64,000 nucleotides of DNA from an uncultured Candidatus Saccharibacteria bacterium. Its GTDB lineage: Bacteria > Patescibacteriota > Minisyncoccia > Phycocordibacterales > JACNGX01. The notes beneath the pieces are model-generated. The model was not told the DNA's origin, made no database searches, and was given only the letters and a program-made list of their open reading frames with translations. The DNA lies in NCBI GenBank assembly GCA_964621395.1, contig CAZULS010000001.1:64615-128614 (forward strand), given 5' to 3'. The number at the start of each line of letters is the position of its first letter. Position 1 is the stretch's first letter. Shown piece by piece: positions 29,850 through 38,389 of the stretch. A program made the position numbers and the translations under genes.

Positions 29850-31376
29850 CTATTCATTTGAGCTGAGGCTGAGAAAGCTGTTGTAATTTATGGCGACGAT
29901 ATCATATATTTCATGCGCACGAGCAATCATTGCCGTGTGCGCGGGAGACTGTTCAAGCGCAATACTTGTTCCGAACATTCTCGTCATAGCAGCATTTCTT
30001 TGCTTGAAATTATTGTATGCTTCCCATGCATTAATTTTGTCGACTGACTCTCTCGCCACTTCTGCCTGAGCAAGAAGTGATTCCAACTCTGAGATATAGA
30101 CCTCAAGAGACCCTGTTGAGTCGGCTTGAGTGAGTATGAGCGTTGTTTCGTCTTGAATGGTGATGGCTTCACCGCGGAGTCCGGAGAGCTCGTTCACGGA
30201 GAGGAGTCCGGGGTATCCCAACAGTGCGTCTTCATAGTCGTCTTGGTCAGAAAGAGTGGCATCGATAGTGATAATGGCTTCCCTCACAGCTTCTCGTGCG
30301 TCAATCACATTGGCAAGGAAGTCATTTGTCGAGTGTACGAGCGCGAGGTCTTCCTCGATAGCTTTAATAAGATTTTGGTCGGGTTCGGGTGCGTACGATC
30401 CGCTCCCGTAGAATCCATACGACGAAGATCCGCCGCCGGTGAGTGTGTCGCGGACACCGCTTCGAATACTGCTTCGTGCCGCGTCAAAACCATTATTAAT
30501 AATACCTGCAACAAGCTCTTGGAGCGTTGCGGTGAGGATTTCTCCAATATCGTCGGCATTTTCAAGGGAATCTACTCGTGAACCGAGAGCATTGCTCATT
30601 TCCGCAGCAACGAATTGTCCCGGATTGACTCGTTCCCAGTTAATACAACCGTCTGAAGCATCGATGGAGCCGTCGCCATTGGTGTCGATACCAACCGACT
30701 CAATACAATTTCCCGGAAGTGAAAGGACGCCTCCCCCCTCGTTGAGCTCACGATAGATTTCGTTTTTCTTCTCCTCTACGCGCCGCCGATTTTCTTCCAT
30801 CGCCATATAATACTGGCCATAGGGGTTATTTTGCGGTTCAAGCGTTGAAAGGAAACCGGTCCAGCCTCCCTGAGAGAAATCGTCAAAAAATGCTTCCGGC
30901 TCCACGAGAACATCTTCAATTGTGGACTGCGCGCGGATTGCGTATGGCGTGTAGGTAACAGAGAGAAGTTTCATCATGCCTCGTTTGAGCGGTTCGTAGG
31001 TGTCGAGACCGGCGATTTCTCCGATAAGGTTGTTGGTGACATCTCGGGAAAGCTTGGCAATAAACGCTTGAGGATCCACCAAGAACATAAGATCACCGAA
31101 AAATCCTTGCTCCACAAGTGTTTTTACTTCCATCACGATGTCATTGATGATTGTTTTGGCGAGCATCCATGCGACGGTGTCGAGACCTATGGTGCCGGCG
31201 ATGCCCTCGCGAGGATCACGCGTAAGGTCGGATGTGACGATAACGGCGCTTCCTGATGCTGTGGCATGTGTGTGCGTGGGCACGAGAGTTATCCCAAGGG
31301 GAAGAACAAAAAGCGCAATCGCAATGCCAGCGCCCCAACGGGAGAAAGAAAATGTTGTGTGTCCGAACATGTACAT
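29850..31376 (-). CDS. Exported helical protein with a DTNGDG Ca-binding-like loop
   Basis: Signal peptide ending THA, DFSQGGWTGF...PQNNPYG, C...C pair flanking DTNGDGSID. Confidence 0.75.
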   Translation of the reverse strand: MYMFGHTTFSFSRWGAGIAIALFVLPLGITLVPTHTHATASGSAVIVTSDLTRDPREGIAGTIGLDTVAWMLAKTIINDIVMEVKTLVEQGFFGDLMFLVDPQAFIAKLSRDVTNNLIGEIAGLDTYEPLKRGMMKLLSVTYTPYAIRAQSTIEDVLVEPEAFFDDFSQGGWTGFLSTLEPQNNPYGQYYMAMEENRRRVEEKKNEIYRELNEGGGVLSLPGNCIESVGIDTNGDGSIDASDGCINWERVNPGQFVAAEMSNALGSRVDSLENADDIGEILTATLQELVAGIINNGFDAARSSIRSGVRDTLTGGGSSSYGFYGSGSYAPEPDQNLIKAIEEDLALVHSTNDFLANVIDAREAVREAIITIDATLSDQDDYEDALLGYPGLLSVNELSGLRGEAITIQDETTLILTQADSTGSLEVYISELESLLAQAEVARESVDKINAWEAYNNFKQRNAAMTRMFGTSIALEQSPAHTAMIARAHEIYDIVAINYNSFLSLSSNE

Positions 31377-31400
31377 GGAATAAAAGAAAACGGATAAATA

Positions 31401-32396
31401 TTACTCACTTGAGAGGGTAAAGATAGTTCCCGACTCAGAGGAAGAAAAGGTTATGCCGCGACGTGCAATTTCCGCAACGACCTCATCCACGGATTCCCAG
31501 AAAACGGTAAGGGTTGTTTGGTACTGTGCGAGACCGGCAAAACCAAGAACGATATCATCTTCACTTGCGGCAATACGCGAAAGTGTTTCGGCGATGATTG
31601 CCACGGCATTCACAAGGGAGAGATGGATATCGGAGAGTGATGCGGGTGCGGTGTGTGAAAGAAGAGAATCGGCGGTATGGGAGAAAAATGTGGCGAATCG
31701 CCCAAGTGCGCGCAAATCGCCCAAACGATCGTTCGTAACGGCCTCAGAGATGATCGCGAGCTCATAGGGGCTTCCCAGTGTGTTGTATTCAGCGATATGC
31801 TCCCCTAAAGCGTTGGCGTATGTGCGCAGTGTTTCGTCGGAATCGTCGCCGATGGAGATGTTCTCTTCTGTGTAGGGATTGGTAATGGCGTTTTGGAGCA
31901 CTTCAGTGGCAAGGAGCGTGTTGAGTACGTCCATATCTCCGAGTGTTGTGCCACCGCTCTTTTGGGAACTTTCATGGAGAGAACTCAGGAAAGCACGCGC
32001 CATTGAATTGGTGCGTGTGGATGAGGCATCATTAACATCTTCAGCGCTTCCGGGAACAAGCGGATATGACTCCAGTGAATCATCGCTCTGATTGATGAGG
32101 GGATTTCTCCGAGACGCGATTTCAATGCCGTCTTCTGTGCCGTCACCGTCGGAATCGGCGACGTTCGGATTTGTCCCCCAGAGCGCTTCTTCCCACATGG
32201 CAAGACCGTCACCGTCGGCGTCGGATGAGAAATGAGCCAATTCTTCTTCGGTGTGAGTCGGGGTGGACGCATCTTCTTGGGATATATATTTCTCCGTGTT
32301 GGAAAAGAGGTACGACGAGACGACAAAAAGAGCAATAAGGACGAGCACGACAAGCGTGAATCTCTTACTGGGGAGATAGTGGGTGATGTGTTCCAT
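31401..32396 (-). CDS. Membrane-anchored protein with DxDxDG calcium-binding repeats
   Basis: N-terminal TM, DADGDGLAMWEEALWGTNP..ADSDGDGTEDG.E. Confidence 0.8.
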   Translation of the reverse strand: MEHITHYLPSKRFTLVVLVLIALFVVSSYLFSNTEKYISQEDASTPTHTEEELAHFSSDADGDGLAMWEEALWGTNPNVADSDGDGTEDGIEIASRRNPLINQSDDSLESYPLVPGSAEDVNDASSTRTNSMARAFLSSLHESSQKSGGTTLGDMDVLNTLLATEVLQNAITNPYTEENISIGDDSDETLRTYANALGEHIAEYNTLGSPYELAIISEAVTNDRLGDLRALGRFATFFSHTADSLLSHTAPASLSDIHLSLVNAVAIIAETLSRIAASEDDIVLGFAGLAQYQTTLTVFWESVDEVVAEIARRGITFSSSESGTIFTLSSE

Positions 32397-32457
32397 TGAT
32401 TTCTATTATACAAAAAGAATGGATGTCAACCAATAGGGGTGTGTATGAACAGGCTCT

Positions 32458-32642
32458 TAGAACCAATTAAATAACCTACGCAAAAAAGTAAAAGAGGGAT
32501 GCTCCGGGCAGTCGACGAGCAACATCCGGCATAAAAACCGCGAAAATTCTTCACCATATCTCGATATGGCTCAAAATTTGATCAATTTTTCTGCTCGAAT
32601 GTTGCTCGTCTTTATGCTCCGGAGGTTATGTAATCGGTTCTA
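32458..32642. mobile_element. TAGAACC-ended MITE, subfamily C (185 bp)
   Basis: TIR tagaaccaattaaataacct...aggttatgtaatcggttcta. Inverted copy of 34738..34922. Confidence 0.85.
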
Positions 32643-34133
32643 AGGTATGGAAACAATGAGAAGCTCCGCTTTTCCACGGGCGGTACTGTGAGTGATTGTG
32701 CCGGAAGGGTTAATGAGAAAAGACGGTACACCATTTCCCGCGTGGATAAAGTGTCGACCGTGTGTCACGGCGTGGATACGTGCTTGGCGAGTGACGAATG
32801 TCCGGAGTGTGTCGCTGCCGTGAAACGATGAATGAGATGCTGTATTTACAAAAAGATCACTTCCCTCACGCGCTCCGGCAGCGTAAAGTTGTGGGGGTGT
32901 GATTTCCGCACAGAAAAGTGCGGTGATTGTGTAATTATGTACGGAGCCGAGGGTGACGGGTGCGTCGAAAGGATCGGGTGTGTACACGCGACGGTTGCGA
33001 AATGTGTCACGCCACTGGGGAGCGATTGTTTCGGCGATGGTGGCAGCGAAAGCGGGCAGGTATTCGCCAAATGGTGTGAGGAAGCGTTTGTGATATGTGC
33101 CCGCAATTGTGCCCTCCGAAGTGTAGAGGTGGTGTGCCAAACGCAAATCACCGCTTTCCTCTCGGTATGTGGTTGAATCTATGGTCGCGCCCCGAGGTGA
33201 AAGATGGGAAGAGAGAAACGTGCCGCGCTCTTCTTCGGAAAGCGACGAAAGGAAGCGAGAATCTTCGGGAAAGACAAGGAGGTCAAGGGTCGGAGTGTTT
33301 TCGGAGAAGAGCGCGGCTATGTCGCTGTGAGTGTGCTTAAGGGTGGTTTGGGTTGAGCCGAATTCGGATATGCTTTCCGTGTGGATGATACCAATAGTGA
33401 GTGAATCGGAAGAGGAGAGTACAGAGCTGCCCTCCTTTCGAGACAATACTGATGGAACAATGATAATGCCGACAAGAGAGAGGATGATTAGTGCTCGAGA
33501 CATGAGAGACGATGCGCGGTCAATACACACAGCAATTCCCATATTGATATAGACAGCGATAAGAGAAAGGGCCGTGAGACCGCCTATGCTTGCGTACAAC
33601 AGAAGTGATGTGTCACTGAGGGGGGCGCCGGCAAAACCGAATGTCCAATACGGACCGATAGCGGCTTCAGGAGCATACCAAAGAACAGAAAAGAGAAAGG
33701 CGCGGAGGTATTCTGTGAGCACAAAAAGGAGTGTTCCCAAGGAAAGAGTACGGAATACTCCACCTTTAAGCCGTGCAATGAGCCAGGCAAAGAGCGCAGG
33801 GCCGATTGAAAGGACAAGCGTCCCTAAGAGCCATACGGAAGCAATAACCGCATATGACACAACAGGGCTTTCAATGCCGACCCATGTGAGCGGGTATGTG
33901 TCGAAAAACCAAAAAATACTGGCACCGAGCCCGAGGATGCCATAGATGAATCCGCCGATAGCGGCGCGCTTCGGTGATTGTGCGCGAAACACAAAGAAGA
34001 AAAACGGCACGAGCGCGATGAGTGAGAAGAGGCCGGTACCGGGAAAGAGAAACAGACTTGCACTCATCATACCGCTCAAAAGCGGGAGAAGATATGAATC
34101 AGGGCGAGTGAATGGTGAGAGGTGCTCGGGCAT
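32640..34133 (-). CDS. lnt: Apolipoprotein N-acyltransferase
   Basis: Multi-TM N-terminus, nitrilase triad VFPE, YHKRFLTPFGEY, LFCAEI. Confidence 0.88.
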   Translation of the reverse strand: MPEHLSPFTRPDSYLLPLLSGMMSASLFLFPGTGLFSLIALVPFFFFVFRAQSPKRAAIGGFIYGILGLGASIFWFFDTYPLTWVGIESPVVSYAVIASVWLLGTLVLSIGPALFAWLIARLKGGVFRTLSLGTLLFVLTEYLRAFLFSVLWYAPEAAIGPYWTFGFAGAPLSDTSLLLYASIGGLTALSLIAVYINMGIAVCIDRASSLMSRALIILSLVGIIIVPSVLSRKEGSSVLSSSDSLTIGIIHTESISEFGSTQTTLKHTHSDIAALFSENTPTLDLLVFPEDSRFLSSLSEEERGTFLSSHLSPRGATIDSTTYREESGDLRLAHHLYTSEGTIAGTYHKRFLTPFGEYLPAFAATIAETIAPQWRDTFRNRRVYTPDPFDAPVTLGSVHNYTITALFCAEITPPQLYAAGAREGSDLFVNTASHSSFHGSDTLRTFVTRQARIHAVTHGRHFIHAGNGVPSFLINPSGTITHSTARGKAELLIVSIP

Positions 34134-34239
34134 GGGTATAGTATAAATGAAAAAGAACAAACAAAAAACGGAAAACAAAAAGGGGCGCGGCTTCGCCGCG
34201 CCCCTTTTTGTTTATAACAACACGCATCCGCAAGCGATG

Positions 34240-34722
34240 TTATCGCCCAACGATATCCCCTATCCTCACATTGTGCAGACGTGTGAAACCTGAGGGTACC
34301 TCAAGAACATATGAGGCCGGAATCGGCGAGCCAAACAATGTCGGATATGTATCGGGGGAAACACGTCTTTCAATATGAATAATGGTATGTGTCTCATCGA
34401 GCCAGAGAATATCGATAGAGAAGTGCATATCTTTCATCCACATATTGTGAGACCCGGGTGTATCGAAGACAAAAAGCATGCCGGTATCGGGAAGAAGTGC
34501 TTTGCGGCCAGAAAGACCGAGAGCACGCTTTTCTTCCGTGTCGGCAATGTCGGCGGTGATGAGCGTGCCGCCGATTGCGATAAGTTCTCGCTGGTATCCT
34601 TCGGCGAATGATATGTTTCCAAAAGAGAAAGAGAAGGGATCGCCTTGTGCGGAAGAGACGACGATATTGCCGGCAATAAAGGCGACGGCAAGTGTAATGA
34701 GAATGCCAATGAGTGATTTCAT
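34240..34722 (-). CDS. DUF192-family protein
   Basis: IADT...RALGLSGR, GMLFVF, MWMKDMHFSIDILWLD, YVLEV. Confidence 0.9.
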   Translation of the reverse strand: MKSLIGILITLAVAFIAGNIVVSSAQGDPFSFSFGNISFAEGYQRELIAIGGTLITADIADTEEKRALGLSGRKALLPDTGMLFVFDTPGSHNMWMKDMHFSIDILWLDETHTIIHIERRVSPDTYPTLFGSPIPASYVLEVPSGFTRLHNVRIGDIVGR

Positions 34723-34737
34723 GAATGTATTATAACT

Positions 34738-34922
34738 TAGAACCAATGAAATAACCTCCGGAGCACAAAGACGAGCAACATTCGAGCAGAAAAATTGATA
34801 CACATTCTGAGCCATATCGAGATATGGTGAGGAATGTTAGCGGTTTTTATACCGAATGTTGCTCGTCGACTGCCCGGAGCAGTGACTTCTTATTTTTTGC
34901 GTAGGTTATTTAATTGGTTCTT
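34738..34922. mobile_element. TAGAACC-ended MITE, subfamily C (185 bp)
   Basis: Reverse-complement match to 32458..32642, overlaps the rsmA 3' end. Confidence 0.85.
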
Positions 34923-35691
34923 GGAGCGCTCGTGCGAGGCAATGCCATGCTTCGGGCGATGCATCTTCCGGACGAATATTTGGGTCAATGTTGCATGCAA
35001 TGAGTGTCTCCGGCGAGCATCCGAGATTTTTTACAAGCTTTTTTCTTTTATGAGCAAATCCTGTGCGGAGGATATCGAAAAAACGTTCTTCATCTTTCTG
35101 TGATTGGAAAGGGTCACGCATGTGTTCAACAACAAGCACGGCAGAATCTACCTTGGGTTGCGGACGAAACGCTCCGCGAGCGACAGTGCGGAGTATGCGC
35201 GGCGTGCCAAATGTTTTCACGGCTACGGAGAGAATGCTCTCTTTTCCGTCCCTTGCGACAATACGCTCGGCAACTTCTTTTTGCACGAGAAGTACCGCTT
35301 TTTTCGGTAGATGTGCACGGGTGAAAAACGTGCGAATGAGAAGGCCGGTAATGTAATACGGAATATTTGCCGCGAGCGTGTAAGAGAGGGGTGTGAGATT
35401 GAGTGTTTCGAAATCAAGCTCGAGTGCATCGCCATACATGAGGGAAAACCGCCCACTCTTCTCCTCTTGCGCGAAGCGCTCTTTCAAATGCTCAATAAGA
35501 CGGTCATCTTTTTCAATGGCCGTGAGGCGCGCCCCACCCCGAAGGAGCGCTTCGGTGAGCACGCCTTCACCCGGACCAATTTCCAGGACCCTTTCCTCTC
35601 CTTCAGAAAGTGCGGCGTGCGCAATATCCGCCACCGCTTTTTCAGAGGTAAGAAAATGCTGCCCAAGAGATTTTTTCGCAAATATACTCAT
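34906..35691 (-). CDS. rsmA: 16S rRNA dimethyladenosine transferase RsmA/KsgA
   Basis: AKKSLGQHFL, LEIGPGEGVLT, ANIPYYIT, VQKEVAER, PKVDSAV. Confidence 0.96.
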   Translation of the reverse strand: MSIFAKKSLGQHFLTSEKAVADIAHAALSEGEERVLEIGPGEGVLTEALLRGGARLTAIEKDDRLIEHLKERFAQEEKSGRFSLMYGDALELDFETLNLTPLSYTLAANIPYYITGLLIRTFFTRAHLPKKAVLLVQKEVAERIVARDGKESILSVAVKTFGTPRILRTVARGAFRPQPKVDSAVLVVEHMRDPFQSQKDEERFFDILRTGFAHKRKKLVKNLGCSPETLIACNIDPNIRPEDASPEAWHCLARALQEPIK

Positions 35692-35707
35692 GAATTCATA
35701 TTATAGC

Positions 35708-35905
35708 TAGAACCAGTCTCACTGAAAATGGCTTGTTCTCGCGCCCAAACAGCGAGCGAGCCGATGTCGCGGAGACCGCGCCGCACTCTCGTGCGGTGCG
35801 GTTGAGCGACAAGGCGCAGCCGCTGTTTGGGCGTGGGAACTGCCAAGCGCAGCTCTTGAGTACGATTCCCTTATTTTTTCAATGTTTTCAGTGAGACTGG
35901 TTCTA
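35708..35905. mobile_element. TAGAACC-ended MITE, subfamily A (198 bp)
   Basis: Perfect TIR tagaaccagtctcactgaaaa. Confidence 0.88.
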
Positions 35906-36050
35906 GGTCCTTCCTAGCTACACTCTTTACGTTGTCATCCCGCACTTGATCCTACACCACAAGCGGTCGGATATAATGCGGGATCTCCCCAATGTTCACC
36001 ACATTACACCACACTTTTCCGCATTTTTTAAAGCCGGACTTTGCAGAGTG

Positions 36051-37013
36051 TTATGTTGCAACGTTTTTTCGTTGCGTGTGTCGCATAAGTGCACGAAACG
36101 GAATAAAGAGAAGTGCCCAAGGAATCACCGAGAGAATGGTGGGCACTACAATCGAGGGCATGTCGCCGAAGAATGTGTCGGAAAGATCAATGGCGAGTGT
36201 GAAGTTCATATAGGTGAGGCATGTGGCAATGGCAATGCGTTCTTTTTTCTTCTTCCACCAAATAGCCGTGTAGCCGAGCACATGCAGCACGATGAAGAGA
36301 ACGATGAGCGCAAAAAGATACAGGAGCGACTCTCCCCCGCTTCCGAGAGCAAGGATTTCTTCCGGGCGTTTGGCAACGACAAAAGCAATGAGGATGGCAA
36401 GGAGGCCGGTGGAAATCGGCGTGAAGGACTGCTCAATACGATTGATCGTGCGGGGAATAATGCGCTTAATGATTTGCGCCAGAATAAATGGCAGGAAGAT
36501 AATAATGGCGAGGCGGCTAAACATGGCGAATGCATCAATGGAAATGTCCGCACCAACCATAAGCGCCACGACAAGCGGCACAGAAAGCGGCGCAAGGAGC
36601 GAGGTAAGGACGGCTTCGACAAGCGCGTACTCTTCCCTTCCACCGGCAAGCGAGGTGAGAAACGGTGCTGTCATGCCCGACGGCATTGCCGAAAGAAGCA
36701 GGAAGGCAATGGCTACTTCCGGATACAGCGCCTCGGTGACAAAAAAGACAACGACCGGCAAAAGCACAAGCATAAAAAGCGCCGAGATGAGGAGCGTTTT
36801 CACATCGCTGAGCGCACCGCGCACTTCATGGAAATCAATTTTAAGAGCGCTCAAAAAGAAAATACCCGCAAGCGCCACAAGCGATACATACGGATACTTC
36901 CCCACCACCTCAGGTGTATGGGTGCCGATACCAATACCAATCACAAACGCCACGCCGATAATAAAGAGAAGTGACGAGCTGATTTTTGCCACAATACGTC
37001 CAAGTGAATGCAT
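36051..37013 (-). CDS. Bile acid:sodium symporter (BASS) family transporter
   Basis: About 10 TM, LLLSAMPSG, TSLLAPLSVP, YMNFTLAI. Confidence 0.8.
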   Translation of the reverse strand: MHSLGRIVAKISSSLLFIIGVAFVIGIGIGTHTPEVVGKYPYVSLVALAGIFFLSALKIDFHEVRGALSDVKTLLISALFMLVLLPVVVFFVTEALYPEVAIAFLLLSAMPSGMTAPFLTSLAGGREEYALVEAVLTSLLAPLSVPLVVALMVGADISIDAFAMFSRLAIIIFLPFILAQIIKRIIPRTINRIEQSFTPISTGLLAILIAFVVAKRPEEILALGSGGESLLYLFALIVLFIVLHVLGYTAIWWKKKKERIAIATCLTYMNFTLAIDLSDTFFGDMPSIVVPTILSVIPWALLFIPFRALMRHTQRKNVAT

Positions 37014-37135
37014 GATGTTACTAGTATACATGACTTTGCCAACAAGAATGACATTTGTATAGATTCTGAATCACCAAGCACCATTTTCACTAAAGTGAAA
37101 AAAGTACTCGACACGAGCTCAGAGTGACAAGTATG

Positions 37136-37501
37136 TTATTTTTTCATGCTCCAAAATCCACGAACAACAATTGTGAGTAAACCGGCGATGAAGCTAATAG
37201 CCGCGAAAAAGATGGGGCCGAAAGCTATGTCTTTGAAAAACTTGATAATCATCTCCGTGTTTCTTTCAAAGAAATAAAACACGGCGGCATAGAGAACAAA
37301 AACACCGATGCCGAATATAACGGAACCGATGGCAAGCCGCGGGATAAATCGTATGCTCGTGTTCTCTTTTTGGATTGCAATGAGAGCCACACCAACGAGA
37401 GCGGCAGTGATAAGATCTAAGTACGCATTACTGAACAAGAAAACATATCCGGCAATGATTCCCGAAAGAATAACGATGACGTCTGAGTATACGTGTTTCA
37501 T
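37136..37501 (-). CDS. Small 4-TM membrane protein
   Basis: Start MKHVYSD. The upstream extension in the ORF track is read-through of REP repeats. Confidence 0.65.
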   Translation of the reverse strand: MKHVYSDVIVILSGIIAGYVFLFSNAYLDLITAALVGVALIAIQKENTSIRFIPRLAIGSVIFGIGVFVLYAAVFYFFERNTEMIIKFFKDIAFGPIFFAAISFIAGLLTIVVRGFWSMKK

Positions 37502-37674
37502 AAAATAAAATAAGATGATGAATAAAAAAAGAGGACGGTCCTTTCGAAATAGTTTCCATACTCTCTTTGCCGTCATTCCCGCCCCCGAGCGGGAATCTAT
37601 AAGTCTATATAACCAACCTGCGTCTGCCCTGGATCCTGAATCAAGTTCAGGATGACACCAATATGTATTGGGTG

Positions 37675-38310
37675 TCATTCCGGGCTTGACCCGGAATCTA
37701 TAGCATTCTCTATCATTCTAAATAGATATCCCCAAACGGCATTTCGAAAAGAGATTTCCCTTATTGTATCCATTTTTGAGCCTTCCTTGGGTGTGGTCCC
37801 TTGTTTTTTTGCAACATCAAAAAAATTCCATAATCTTTTTTCCACAATATCGTTAAATTCACCAATTATTCCTTCATGGATTATATATTCCTTCGCCACA
37901 CCATCAAGAGAAATCTGACTACTTTGAGAATCTATGTAGTCCGCAATCTCTCTTATTGTTTCTAGCTTCGTCTGTTTTTTGCTAGGGCTGTGTTCAATGT
38001 TAATGGTTTTATCCCCATCCAAGAACCTCTCTTCGGCAAGTCGAATTGTATATCCTGTTATCAACATAACATTCAGGAGACGTGTTTTTGAGGGGAGAAA
38101 CCCAAAAGGATATTCCTCCAAGAATTCTTTAAACTCAGATGAAAATATATCTTCATGTTGATCAGATAAATAATTGAAGACAATAGAAAAGTTCTCACTA
38201 GAAAATGAATCAATTTTTCTTTTCCCGCAATTACCACAATAGTTATCAGGCAGGTCGCTCATGCAAAACCTACATTTCTTACTTGTATTTGGTTTCAGAG
38301 TATATTTCAT
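37675..38310 (-). CDS. Hypothetical protein with N-terminal zinc ribbon
   Basis: CRFC...CGNCG, AT-rich, C-terminus encoded by a REP palindrome. Confidence 0.7.
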   Translation of the reverse strand: MKYTLKPNTSKKCRFCMSDLPDNYCGNCGKRKIDSFSSENFSIVFNYLSDQHEDIFSSEFKEFLEEYPFGFLPSKTRLLNVMLITGYTIRLAEERFLDGDKTINIEHSPSKKQTKLETIREIADYIDSQSSQISLDGVAKEYIIHEGIIGEFNDIVEKRLWNFFDVAKKQGTTPKEGSKMDTIREISFRNAVWGYLFRMIENAIDSGSSPE

Positions 38311-38389
38311 AGTTCTTTACTTTTTGATAATAACAAAATATCAAACAAAAACAATACTTTTTCTCTTTCACTCTCCTCTCTTCACTCTT

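Noticed and set aside
35946-37062. 342-aa and 256-aa plus-strand ORFs
   Set aside because: Antisense shadows of the BASS transporter. One starts inside a REP.
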